Source: a virus
Lineage: Duplodnaviria; Caudoviricetes
Length of the DNA: 55,828 nucleotides
IMG/VR virus record: IMGVR_UViG_3300044998_000776
Span: 1 to 55,828 of that record
Direction: 5' to 3' (one strand)
The first letter of the stretch is position 1. Each line of letters starts with the position of its first letter. The notes under the pieces are model-generated. The model was given only the letters and a program-made list of their open reading frames with translations, was not told the DNA's origin and searched no databases. Positions 37,054 through 46,032 of this stretch are shown here, piece after piece. A program made the translations under genes and the position numbers.

Positions 37054-39408
37054 ATGCCTAGTTTCAACGTAGCAGAAGCTAAGAGGACACCTCAGATCGT
37101 TATTCGCGATGGCAAGGGTGATGTTGTCACCGTTGTTACGCCTAGAGATCTGCAGGTAGGATTTGAAGGCAGCCCGGGCGCCCTTATTCTCAAGGGCGCC
37201 CTGGACATCAATGCGTTCGTCCTGCAAATTAGCAATCCGGCCGATGCGGCTAACGTTAGAGTTTCAAACGATAAAATCGCCTACTTCATTCTGAACGATT
37301 CAGGAGTCGGCGTCACAGTCAAACTTCCCACGCCTCCCGCTAATCCTGGCCAGACACACATTATCAAGGATTATCGAGGAACTGCCAGCAACACAACTCC
37401 GATAACCATCACGACAGACGATGCATCGACGATCGATGGTCAGACGGCACAAAACATCGTCGTCGCTTATGGCGCTATCATGTTTGTCTGGACGGGGCAG
37501 GGATGGGTTTCTCTAGCTCTCGGAGCCTCAGGCACCGGCGGCGGCGCACCTAATAATTCTCGTTACGTTGTTTGGAGCACCGAAATCGGACTTTCGAATT
37601 CTCGAGTCCTATCGGTCACCTCGGGCCACCTAACTCTCGATACGACAGCTCCCAATGCCAACCTCGGACTAGCCAACATAGGAACTCCGGGAACGTATAC
37701 GTTCCCCAGCCAAATTACGGTCGATTCCCAAGGAAGAGTCACGTCGATTACTTCGACCACCGGATCGGGAGGTAATGCCGACCCAGGTGCCGACCCAGGT
37801 GCGTCTTACGTCGTAATGGCGCTGACTGCTTCTCTAACTAACGAAAGAGTCGCGACGCAAGGTTTGGGAATTCGAATCACTGACGGCGGTGCGAATGGTC
37901 CTGCGACTTGGGCTATCGATAACAGCGTCGTTGCCACTATCTCCGGATCTACCTTTACTGGAGCGACTCTACACACCGCGGGTCTGTCAGGTTCTTTGAC
38001 TAGATTGACTGATGGTCGATCTTACATCGTCGGAGGCACAGGCATCACTGTCACTTCGGCTTCAAACGGACAGGTGACCATCACGGGATTGGCAGCATCC
38101 TCTTCCGTCGATGCTCCAATCAATGCGACTTATCTTGTATTGACAGCTGATGGCACTCTGACGGCGGAACGTGTCTTTACTCCTATCAACGGCATCAAAT
38201 TTACTGATGGAGGCGCGGGCGGCGCTTATAACATCTTCATCGATGACAGAATTGTTGCCACTATTTCGGGTTCGACATTCTCGGGTGTGACGAATCACAC
38301 CGCCGGCCTCTCGGGTTCTCTGACCCGTCTGACGAACGGACAGTCGTATCTTGTTGCCGGCGCGAACATCATTATCACTTCTGCGTCTAACGGACAGGTA
38401 ACGATCACGTCGACCGCGTCGGGCTCGGGCGGCGGAGGAACAGGAACAGGAGACAATGAAGCTTCTTACGTCGTTCTGGGTCTGACTTCTTCTCTGACAA
38501 ATGAAAGAGTGCTGACGGCTGGAGCGGGTATTTCCATCACCGATAACGGACCCAACAGCAGCGTCGTCATTTCGGCCAACGGCAGCGCAAACCGTATCAT
38601 GAGATACGGGATCACTCACGAAACTATCACAACGACTCAACCCTCGTCATCCGTCGAATCTATCGGCATGACGTATTTCGACCAATCGACCTTGCCGATT
38701 GGCGCAAAGAGCTATTACTTCAAATCGATATTGGCTCCGTCGACCGAATCGACGGTCGCCTACCTAGAGCTCTACGACTATAGCGGGATCATCTCGGGAA
38801 CACCCCAAATAATCCAGGGATCGATTGTTACGGGTTCTTCCACCACATTCACTTATTTTTCCAAGGACCTAACGAGCGTCTTGACGAGCGTCACAGGATC
38901 AGGCATCTTGGAAGCTCGTTTGTGGTGCACTCCGACGGGTTCAAACCTCGCTGCTATCTGCAAGAGCGCCTGGTTGGAGATCCAGTTCTCAGGTACTCCC
39001 GTCACTCAGTCGAATAAATTCAATCTGATGAATGGCATCGCCACGACAGACCAAGGATCGGGTTCAAACGAATCTTTGGGAATGGCGTATCTAGATCAGA
39101 CGCAGCTTCCGACGGGAACCAAGAAATTCTATTTTAGAACAATTTTGGCCCCTGTCTCGGGAACGACAGTGGCATACGCCGACTTGTACGACTATAATGG
39201 AATTATCAACGGAATTCCGCAACCCATCTCGGGATCTGTCGTCACAGGATCTTCGACGACATTCACTTACTTCTCCAAAGAGATCACTGCCGCTCTGAGT
39301 TCGGTGACAGGATCTGGCATCATCGAAGCTAGATTCTGGTGCACGCCTACTGGATCCAATAGGGCTGCCATCGTCAAGAGCGCGATGCTTGAAGTAGAAA
39401 CGACATAA
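37054..39408 (+). CDS. tail fibre-like protein with internal repeats
   Basis: Gly/Ser/Thr-rich; ITVDSQGRVT; repeated LTNERV and GLSGSLTRLT modules; duplicated C-terminal domain. Confidence 0.7.
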   Translation: MPSFNVAEAKRTPQIVIRDGKGDVVTVVTPRDLQVGFEGSPGALILKGALDINAFVLQISNPADAANVRVSNDKIAYFILNDSGVGVTVKLPTPPANPGQTHIIKDYRGTASNTTPITITTDDASTIDGQTAQNIVVAYGAIMFVWTGQGWVSLALGASGTGGGAPNNSRYVVWSTEIGLSNSRVLSVTSGHLTLDTTAPNANLGLANIGTPGTYTFPSQITVDSQGRVTSITSTTGSGGNADPGADPGASYVVMALTASLTNERVATQGLGIRITDGGANGPATWAIDNSVVATISGSTFTGATLHTAGLSGSLTRLTDGRSYIVGGTGITVTSASNGQVTITGLAASSSVDAPINATYLVLTADGTLTAERVFTPINGIKFTDGGAGGAYNIFIDDRIVATISGSTFSGVTNHTAGLSGSLTRLTNGQSYLVAGANIIITSASNGQVTITSTASGSGGGGTGTGDNEASYVVLGLTSSLTNERVLTAGAGISITDNGPNSSVVISANGSANRIMRYGITHETITTTQPSSSVESIGMTYFDQSTLPIGAKSYYFKSILAPSTESTVAYLELYDYSGIISGTPQIIQGSIVTGSSTTFTYFSKDLTSVLTSVTGSGILEARLWCTPTGSNLAAICKSAWLEIQFSGTPVTQSNKFNLMNGIATTDQGSGSNESLGMAYLDQTQLPTGTKKFYFRTILAPVSGTTVAYADLYDYNGIINGIPQPISGSVVTGSSTTFTYFSKEITAALSSVTGSGIIEARFWCTPTGSNRAAIVKSAMLEVETT

Positions 39409-39420
39409 TTAAGGTAACGC

Positions 39421-39452
39421 AATGCCCAAATATAGAGGACGAGTAGATTGCT
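39421..39452 (+). repeat. 32-bp exact direct repeat; second copy at 40686-40717
   Basis: AATGCCCAAATATAGAGGACGAGTAGATTGCT at both gene starts. Confidence 0.9.
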
Positions 39453-40678
39453 TTTCATACCCGCTGCAGGCAGATCCTGGTGCCGGCAACTGGAGGGGTC
39501 CTCGCGCGCACAGCGAAATGTTCATCAACACTGTGCAGCACATCCAGCAATACGGACCTGAGCTAGGTATCGAGATTATCGCTGCCAATTATGGCGCGGG
39601 TGGGACGGGATTCCAATTCTGGGATCAGGGCACGCCCCCGGGTCCTCGTACCTGGATCGTCGCCCGATTTCATTCGGCCTCGATGGGCAAGTTCGATATG
39701 CTGCTTTATCAGGTCTCGGCGAGCTCGGGTCAGACCTTGGGCGGAGTCGTCATGTCGCAACAGGTCAACTCCTTCGCCGGTTCAAATCGTCTTTACGGAA
39801 GTTTTGGTGCATCGTTTGCTTGTCATCCTTCGGGCTCGAATACAGGTTCGGCTGACGGGCCGTGGAATGGTAGCTATAGCTTGACGTCCGCTACTCTAGG
39901 CATCGGCAATTCAGGACTGTCGGCAAACAATCCGCTTTGGAAGACGACGGCCGACAGCAAGGGCGCATTTTTTCCGCGCGCCAACGGCATCGCGGGAACT
40001 TATTCGGCTAGTCGAAATTATTTGGCGACCCTTAACGAAGACGGCGCGCAAGTCGGTACCGAAGCTACATTTTTGCCGGCCCGATATCACATCCTGCTGA
40101 GCGAAGATTCTTTCACATTCTTAGTCGATCATGCCAACGATACTTCGTATAAAGTGACCCATTTTGGACCCTATTTTCCGCGTTCGGGCTCTACACCCTA
40201 TCCCGAGAGTCCGTATTACATGTTCACTAATTCCGTTTCGACAGTCAATCCTGTGGGTGCGTTTTACACTCAAGGGAATATCGGACAAACGGCCGGCGTA
40301 GGCGGAGGAGTTTCAACTCCCGATGGTGCCGTTGCTCATCCCAACCTGTTGTCGGGAGCCTTGATTTTTGGACATGTTACGATCGGTGGCCTGGATTCGA
40401 TCGCCAGTTATACGAATTTTGTCAATAGCGGATCCTTTGAGAAGATCCCAATGTGGGTGGCTATCTCAGAAGGAACCAACAACGGAATATTGGGTCTAGC
40501 TAAACACGTCGCTTGGGGTTACGGAATGAATTCGAACTCAATCAGTTACAGTTCGAGCTCAGCTGCAATGGGTCTTGCAGAAGCTCAGGGCGTCAAAATA
40601 ATCATACCATGGTCTGGATCGGCACCAGGCACCAATTGGCAACACAGAACAGGCCGAATCATGAATTTTGATGTCTGA
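39422..40678 (+). CDS. putative tail/receptor-binding protein, paralog C1
   Basis: MPKYRGRVDC, EMFINTVQH, HPSGSNTGSADGPWNG, PYPESPY. Confidence 0.65.
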   Translation: MPKYRGRVDCFSYPLQADPGAGNWRGPRAHSEMFINTVQHIQQYGPELGIEIIAANYGAGGTGFQFWDQGTPPGPRTWIVARFHSASMGKFDMLLYQVSASSGQTLGGVVMSQQVNSFAGSNRLYGSFGASFACHPSGSNTGSADGPWNGSYSLTSATLGIGNSGLSANNPLWKTTADSKGAFFPRANGIAGTYSASRNYLATLNEDGAQVGTEATFLPARYHILLSEDSFTFLVDHANDTSYKVTHFGPYFPRSGSTPYPESPYYMFTNSVSTVNPVGAFYTQGNIGQTAGVGGGVSTPDGAVAHPNLLSGALIFGHVTIGGLDSIASYTNFVNSGSFEKIPMWVAISEGTNNGILGLAKHVAWGYGMNSNSISYSSSSAAMGLAEAQGVKIIIPWSGSAPGTNWQHRTGRIMNFDV

Positions 40679-40686
40679 GGTTTCAA

Positions 40687-41865
40687 ATGCCCAAATATAG
40701 AGGACGAGTAGATTGCTACATGAACCCGACTTCTGATTCCGCATCAATAGATAGTCGAACGATCGGAGAGATGTTTATCAATACCGTTCAACATCTCTCG
40801 GGCTGCGCTGATCTGGGTATCGAAATGATCGCTGCCAATTACGGAGTCGCCGGCACAGGATTTACTTTCTGGGACCAAGGTACGATCGGTGCTGGACATC
40901 GAGCGTTTGCTGTTTTTCGATTTCATTCGGCGTCACTAGGCAAATTTGATTGTATGGTATTCGTCGCCACCGGCTCCGGTGTATCAAACGGCCCGATGAG
41001 ACCGGCAGGATGGGGAGTTACGAACGCGGCCGCGAGTCGAGGAAATCTTGGATTTGCATTTGCTTCTCATCCCTCGGGATCAAACACGGGATCGGCCGAT
41101 GGTCCATGGAATGGTACGTACAGCCTTACATCAGCTTCAATCGGAGATCCCGTTTGGAAATTGACTCCCGACGGTAAGGGATCATTTTTTCCTAGATCTT
41201 TGAGTCACGGCGGCACGTATTCGGGCAGCCGAAATTATATGTCGATCGCTAACGATAATTTGACCAGCATCACACCGATGAGATATCACATTATCGCTAG
41301 CGAAGATAGTCTAACGATATTGACAGATTCTTTGGCCGACGGTAATTATCGAGTTATTCATTTTGGGTCATATGCTCCTCGAGCTGGCATTACGCCTTAT
41401 CCTGAGAGCCCGTACTTTATGATCAGCAACGGCGGTGCGAACAACAACCCTTGGGGCAATACTTGGACAACCACCAACGGCTTAGCGCTCAGTCCCGGTG
41501 TCAATACTATCGACGGCGCTATAGCACATCCCACTCTAACAAGCGGATCGAGGCTTTATGGCGTGGCTCAAGTGTTAGTAAACAGCACGATCGGTTATAA
41601 CAATTTCGTCAATAACGGCTCGTATGAACGATTTCCGATGTGGGTCATCCTGTCAGAAGGCGTCGATAACGGCATTTTGGGAACGATAAATCATCTCACG
41701 TATGGAATCGGTATGGCGACTCACACCGTGACACCGACTTCTTCTTCGGCGGCATTCGGTACATTGACCGTGACTGCCGGTAAGATTTTGATTCCGTGGT
41801 CAGGCAGCCAACCTGGGTTCCAAAACGGAATTCGCACGGGCCGTACGATGAGCTTCGATATTTAA
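40687..41865 (+). CDS. putative tail/receptor-binding protein, paralog C2
   Basis: Same motifs as 39422-40678. Confidence 0.65.
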   Translation: MPKYRGRVDCYMNPTSDSASIDSRTIGEMFINTVQHLSGCADLGIEMIAANYGVAGTGFTFWDQGTIGAGHRAFAVFRFHSASLGKFDCMVFVATGSGVSNGPMRPAGWGVTNAAASRGNLGFAFASHPSGSNTGSADGPWNGTYSLTSASIGDPVWKLTPDGKGSFFPRSLSHGGTYSGSRNYMSIANDNLTSITPMRYHIIASEDSLTILTDSLADGNYRVIHFGSYAPRAGITPYPESPYFMISNGGANNNPWGNTWTTTNGLALSPGVNTIDGAIAHPTLTSGSRLYGVAQVLVNSTIGYNNFVNNGSYERFPMWVILSEGVDNGILGTINHLTYGIGMATHTVTPTSSSAAFGTLTVTAGKILIPWSGSQPGFQNGIRTGRTMSFDI

Positions 41866-41869
41866 GATT

Positions 41870-42214
41870 ATGCCCGGTAATGAATTCGCTGATCTAAGCT
41901 TTGTTGGATTGGGTGCCTTCGACCTGGTCGGGCCGACTCCCGCTTTGTTCGACGGATTGAATATTCAATCCGTCGGAAGCATCGACATCCGAGAAGGCAG
42001 CACATTGGCCGATTTCGGAGGGTTCGACATCAAAACGCTCCCCGCGACGAGCGTAGCTGTCGCGGCCATGGCGCAGAAATATCGCATGCGTGGCTATCGA
42101 GTCGCGACCAGCCAATACGAGCACTGGGTGACGACCGATCCGACCGCGGCTCCTCCCAGCGGGAATACGCTGGTGGCCATCGTCATCGAGGCTAGATTAC
42201 CCTCTACCGCTTAA
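41870..42214 (+). CDS. hypothetical protein, last gene of the structural run
   Basis: 114-aa ORF after TATTTA. Confidence 0.6.
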   Translation: MPGNEFADLSFVGLGAFDLVGPTPALFDGLNIQSVGSIDIREGSTLADFGGFDIKTLPATSVAVAAMAQKYRMRGYRVATSQYEHWVTTDPTAAPPSGNTLVAIVIEARLPSTA

Positions 42215-42368
42215 TTTCGACGATCTCTAATTGAGGCCTAGGCGCTCGTTCGAAGATTTTTCTGAGGGCTTCCTGGCGCATCTTTTCCTTGCGCGCCTTT
42301 TCTTCCGGAGAATCCTCCGGTGGGATAATGATGACGTCATCGCCATTGACCAAATCGATCACGATCAT
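42204..42368 (-). CDS. small hypothetical protein
   Basis: MIVIDLVNGDD..., ATG overlaps the stop of the deaminase gene. Confidence 0.5.
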   Translation of the reverse strand: MIVIDLVNGDDVIIIPPEDSPEEKARKEKMRQEALRKIFERAPRPQLEIVEIKR

Positions 42369-42787
42369 TTGGGCCACTCCTCGCCGCTCAGGCGTTCTAC
42401 TGCATAAGTAGTCTCGTTGACGGTATAATAGGCCCGCTTGATACCGTAGTTGCGAAGCGCTTCGTGACACATGGCACATGGGCAGGAATTTCCCACCTCT
42501 CCGTTGCGCCCCAGTTTGGCGACAAAGATCTTGCAACCCGTCAGGTCCGTCTTGCGACGGACCTGCAGGATCGCATCGACCTCCGCGTGGATCGTCTGCA
42601 CATCAGGATGATGAGCGTAGACCGAGACGAAGGAATTGAGCTTGGGCTTGTTGAAACCGACGGACAGGATCGACCCGCCCGACACGAGAATGGCGCAATG
42701 AAAAGCCGTGAGATCCGTTTTTAGGAGCTCCTCGTGTTCGGCGCGCAGCTTAGCGACGGCCGAAGCCAACAACTTTTCGGCCCTCAA
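42365..42787 (-). CDS. cytidine/dCMP deaminase-family protein
   Basis: HAEVDAI and SCPCAMC zinc-binding motifs. Confidence 0.85.
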   Translation of the reverse strand: MRAEKLLASAVAKLRAEHEELLKTDLTAFHCAILVSGGSILSVGFNKPKLNSFVSVYAHHPDVQTIHAEVDAILQVRRKTDLTGCKIFVAKLGRNGEVGNSCPCAMCHEALRNYGIKRAYYTVNETTYAVERLSGEEWPK

Positions 42788-44031
42788 GGCAACGCCCTCA
42801 TCTGATCGTCCAAGTAATCGAGCGTCTTGGTGCTGATCTTTTCCGACTTGGCCTGCTCGACATAGAACGTCCGGCAGTTCTTCGTTTTGCCGATGAATCG
42901 ATCGAAGAAGTACTTGGTATCGTACTTCAAAACGACGACTTCCGAAGCGAATGCCTTGCGGTCCGACCCCGCGTTGGACTTGGCCGAGTCGTAAACTCGA
43001 TCCATGTTGTCGAAATGGGTCATCAGCTTGACGCGCGTCCTCTCGACCTCGGCCAGAGTCTCCTTGTCGAGGTGAGGCAGCATGTCATCGATCTTCTCAG
43101 CCAGGATGTAGAAGATCATGTTGCGACGCGAAGACAGCAACATGTCTCGAGACTTGGACGCCAGGACGTAGTCCGGATTCTTGATCTTGACGCGATTGAA
43201 ATTCGAATCGCGCAGAACGACGCCCTCAGCCTCCTTGGGAGGCCTATTGTTGACGAACTTGATGATGTCATCGATCGTCGCCAGCGAGTGGGTCTTGGGT
43301 CGCGGGATGATGTCAGCGATGGACGGGACGCTGATACCGAAATGCTGCGTCGGGTCTTCCGACTCTCGTCCCGTCCAGATCGATCGGCAGCCGAGAAGGA
43401 TGATACCTTCCTGGTATTCGACAACGACCTTGTTGACGGTCGAGACGACTTCAAACATCCACGTGTAGTCCGGGCTGAGCATATCGGTCAGCTGCTTGAA
43501 GCTGACACCCGTCGTCGCTTTGACGGCTCGTTCGAAAAGCTTACGAAACGTCAGCTCTCCGTGAGTGACGGAGCCCGAAGAGATAGGAACGTCAGCATCC
43601 GCGACGGAACGCGTCGCGACGCACCATTCCTTGGTAACGTCGTCCAGATAGACGATGATGAGCGTGCCATCGACCTTTTCCTCGATACGCAGATCGACGT
43701 CCTTGAGGTCGACCGCGACAGGGACAGTGGGATCGCCGTAGTTGTAGAATCGATTGAACGGATACGCGACGACCTTGGACTTGCCGAAGATCTGAGAAGC
43801 GTAATTGGGATCGTCGGACAAGACGCGCGGCGTCAGCGGCCGAATGATGAGGCCGCGGCACTGATTGACGATCGTCCCGGGCTTCGAAGCCGTCTGATCG
43901 TAATTGAGAGACAGCTTCGTGCCATTCGTCGACAACCTAGCGGAGACTCCGTATTCTCGCTCGAGATCCTCGAGCGAGTGAGTCTCCAGGTATTCCTGGA
44001 CGGCGAGCTTGAAAACCTGCTTAGATCCCAT
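42784..44031 (-). CDS. RNA ligase (T4 Rnl1-like)
   Basis: QCRGLI, AYPFNRFYNYG, EEKVDGTL (motif I), FE, EGVVL, RVKIKN.DY. Confidence 0.88.
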   Translation of the reverse strand: MGSKQVFKLAVQEYLETHSLEDLEREYGVSARLSTNGTKLSLNYDQTASKPGTIVNQCRGLIIRPLTPRVLSDDPNYASQIFGKSKVVAYPFNRFYNYGDPTVPVAVDLKDVDLRIEEKVDGTLIIVYLDDVTKEWCVATRSVADADVPISSGSVTHGELTFRKLFERAVKATTGVSFKQLTDMLSPDYTWMFEVVSTVNKVVVEYQEGIILLGCRSIWTGRESEDPTQHFGISVPSIADIIPRPKTHSLATIDDIIKFVNNRPPKEAEGVVLRDSNFNRVKIKNPDYVLASKSRDMLLSSRRNMIFYILAEKIDDMLPHLDKETLAEVERTRVKLMTHFDNMDRVYDSAKSNAGSDRKAFASEVVVLKYDTKYFFDRFIGKTKNCRTFYVEQAKSEKISTKTLDYLDDQMRALP

Positions 44032-44037
44032 GGCACC

Positions 44038-44067
44038 ATCTTATCACAGGTGCCGGATCGATTACAT
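44038..44067 (-). promoter_or_regulatory. putative promoter ATGTA-N19-TAAGAT, leaderless start of the RNA ligase
   Basis: TGA-TAAGAT, then 6 nt, then ATG; flanked by a GGCACC/GGTGCC inverted repeat. Confidence 0.55.
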
Positions 44068-44900
44068 CAGCCGCAGGATCGAGGTTCCGACATGTACTTG
44101 CGATGCGCCGGGCAGTTCCAACGAGCGCAGAACGAATTGACATCTCGTCGGGTGACGCAGCGCGTGCCCTTGTCCTCGGGGTGCATGATGCTGGCATTGC
44201 TCTCGAAGTCGTGCCTGAGCCCCAGCACGTGACCAAATTCGTGCGCGAGCACCTCGGTGAATTCGGCGGCGCTGTTGAGTCGATCGGCCACCAGCATGAT
44301 GGCTTTTCTGTGGCAAGCGTTGGTAGTGTGACCCTGCAGCGTCGCGTGACCGTTGCTCGATAGAGCCTTCTCGATCTGCTGCACGATCGGGCTGTCGCTG
44401 GTAAAGCGCATGATGAGAACAGCGTTGGTGCAACCTTCCGACTGGCTCCAGAAGGGAGCTCGGGGATCGAAGGCGTTCCACTTGCTGTGGGGATCGACCC
44501 ACGTATCTTCCTCGCCCTCCTCGGGCTCGGGCACTCCGCTCGCCGACCTCTCCTGATCGAGAATCATACGCTGCATGATCCCATTTTCGAACGCCTCACG
44601 TCCCGGGTTATCCGAGATCTCCATCTTCAAAACGTCAGAAAGGGGATTCGTCCACATTCGAATCCCCTTGGCAATCAATTCTTTTTCGGGTCCGCTGAAC
44701 TCGGGATCGATGAGTACTCTTCCCTTGATGATGGGTTCGACTTGCACAGTCTGCTGGGTCTTGCCTGTCTCAGCAGGTTTTGCTGAGGGATGGCAACCGT
44801 TACACGTACTGACGAGAGCCACCGGGAAGATAAGAAACAAACTGGCCTTCGTCAGTGTGCGAAGGACGGATCCGAAAAACGTTGAAGCCATGTGATGCAC
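44067..44900 (-). CDS. secreted/lipoprotein zinc metallopeptidase (matrixin-like)
   Basis: N-terminal hydrophobic signal, HEFGHVLGLRH, Met-turn SIMHP. Confidence 0.85.
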   Translation of the reverse strand: MHHMASTFFGSVLRTLTKASLFLIFPVALVSTCNGCHPSAKPAETGKTQQTVQVEPIIKGRVLIDPEFSGPEKELIAKGIRMWTNPLSDVLKMEISDNPGREAFENGIMQRMILDQERSASGVPEPEEGEEDTWVDPHSKWNAFDPRAPFWSQSEGCTNAVLIMRFTSDSPIVQQIEKALSSNGHATLQGHTTNACHRKAIMLVADRLNSAAEFTEVLAHEFGHVLGLRHDFESNASIMHPEDKGTRCVTRRDVNSFCARWNCPAHRKYMSEPRSCG

Positions 44901-44935
44901 CTACTTCCTATAATAATGGCTTCGTGACCCGTCAA

Positions 44936-45187
44936 TTACAGTTTATTTAGAGAGCCTACATACCATTTGCTGATAGTCGACACTTGGCTTATGTCCATGT
45001 TGTAAGAACCCTCAGGGAAGATAATCTTGAGAGTCGTACCCTCATTCTTGACAAAGCGATCGACCACGACCCCGCAAGATACTCGTTGGCGCAGCTTTCG
45101 ATGAGCCGCGACGCCGGCTAATTGCCTGAGAGTCGATGTATTCTTCGGACAAGGTGTGAAGACGACCAAGTCACCAAGCTCAATCAT
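44936..45187 (-). CDS. small SH3/KOW-like hypothetical protein
   Basis: MIELGDLVVF..GVVV. Confidence 0.6.
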   Translation of the reverse strand: MIELGDLVVFTPCPKNTSTLRQLAGVAAHRKLRQRVSCGVVVDRFVKNEGTTLKIIFPEGSYNMDISQVSTISKWYVGSLNKL

Positions 45188-45193
45188 AATATG

Positions 45194-45223
45194 ATCCTAT
45201 CCTGATCGGAATGGTCAATACAC
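45194..45223 (-). promoter_or_regulatory. putative promoter GTGTA-N19-TAGGAT, leaderless start
   Basis: ATG (45187) lies 6 nt after the -10 hexamer. Confidence 0.55.
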
Positions 45224-45236
45224 GAACTTTCAACTT

Positions 45237-45542
45237 TCAATTCAGAGTGAAAGCCGATTCCAAGGCCATAATCGTATTGACCATATCCTGTTCGAACTGC
45301 TCGCGGTCGTCCGGATCGATTTTGTAGAGCTTCTTGATGTGCTCCTTGTAGGAGAGGACGGTTTGTCGCAACCTCTTGACGAAGAGGTAAGCATTTTCCT
45401 CTCCGATCACGTCCTTCCACTTTTCTTTGACGGCCTCGCCCTTGAGCTCGCTGTTACCTTGCCACAGGGTCGCCATCTTCTTGAGATCCGCATCGTTAAA
45501 AACGGCGGCGCTGACGTTAGGTGCCTTGAAAAGGTTCGCCAT
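45237..45542 (-). CDS. hypothetical protein
   Basis: GAGGAG SD, TACTTA upstream. Confidence 0.75.
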   Translation of the reverse strand: MANLFKAPNVSAAVFNDADLKKMATLWQGNSELKGEAVKEKWKDVIGEENAYLFVKRLRQTVLSYKEHIKKLYKIDPDDREQFEQDMVNTIMALESAFTLN

Positions 45543-45602
45543 GTCTTTCTCCTCAATTAAACAAGGTAATCATAAGTACCGTACGTTGTTAGGCCCGAAA
45601 GA

Positions 45603-45917
45603 TCATTTGTGTGTTTCCTTCCAAGAGAAGGAGACCCTTCGCAGTCTAGACTGCTCGACGACGGTCATCTTAGGATGAAAATAGACGAGCCAAGTCCTTT
45701 CTGATTTCCGGACGAGGGCATTCGGAAAGATTTCGATAGCGACGCCGATCGAGCCCTCGGGAATGGGCAGACTCCGAGTAGCGTCGGACGTCTTGACATC
45801 TCTGGGATGCTTTTCGATGACAATGACTCGTCCGGAGTAATAGCTGGATTTGTCGTTGATCATCACCAGGCAACCCGGATAGATGCTGTTGCTGATCGGC
45901 AATTCGACGTTTGACAT
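45603..45917 (-). CDS. small SH3/KOW-like hypothetical protein
   Basis: IYPGCLVMI..SIGVAI..WLVYF. Confidence 0.55.
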   Translation of the reverse strand: MSNVELPISNSIYPGCLVMINDKSSYYSGRVIVIEKHPRDVKTSDATRSLPIPEGSIGVAIEIFPNALVRKSERTWLVYFHPKMTVVEQSRLRRVSFSWKETHK

Positions 45918-46032
45918 CGTCATCTCGAAAATATGAGAGCCATTCCCAAAGGGGTCGTCAGCAGGATCGTACCGATGAGGATGACATAGATCAGAAACCA
46001 CCAGATCGATTTGACGAAAAGGGAATCTTCTC

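Noticed and set aside
38640-39408. Diversity-generating retroelement TR/VR pair in the duplicated fibre C-terminus
   Set aside because: Both copies are in-frame coding, the differences are not confined to adenines, and there is no reverse transcriptase in the window.
43015-44232. 405-aa plus-strand ORF
   Set aside because: Antisense shadow of the RNA ligase in a GC3-rich region, with no motifs.
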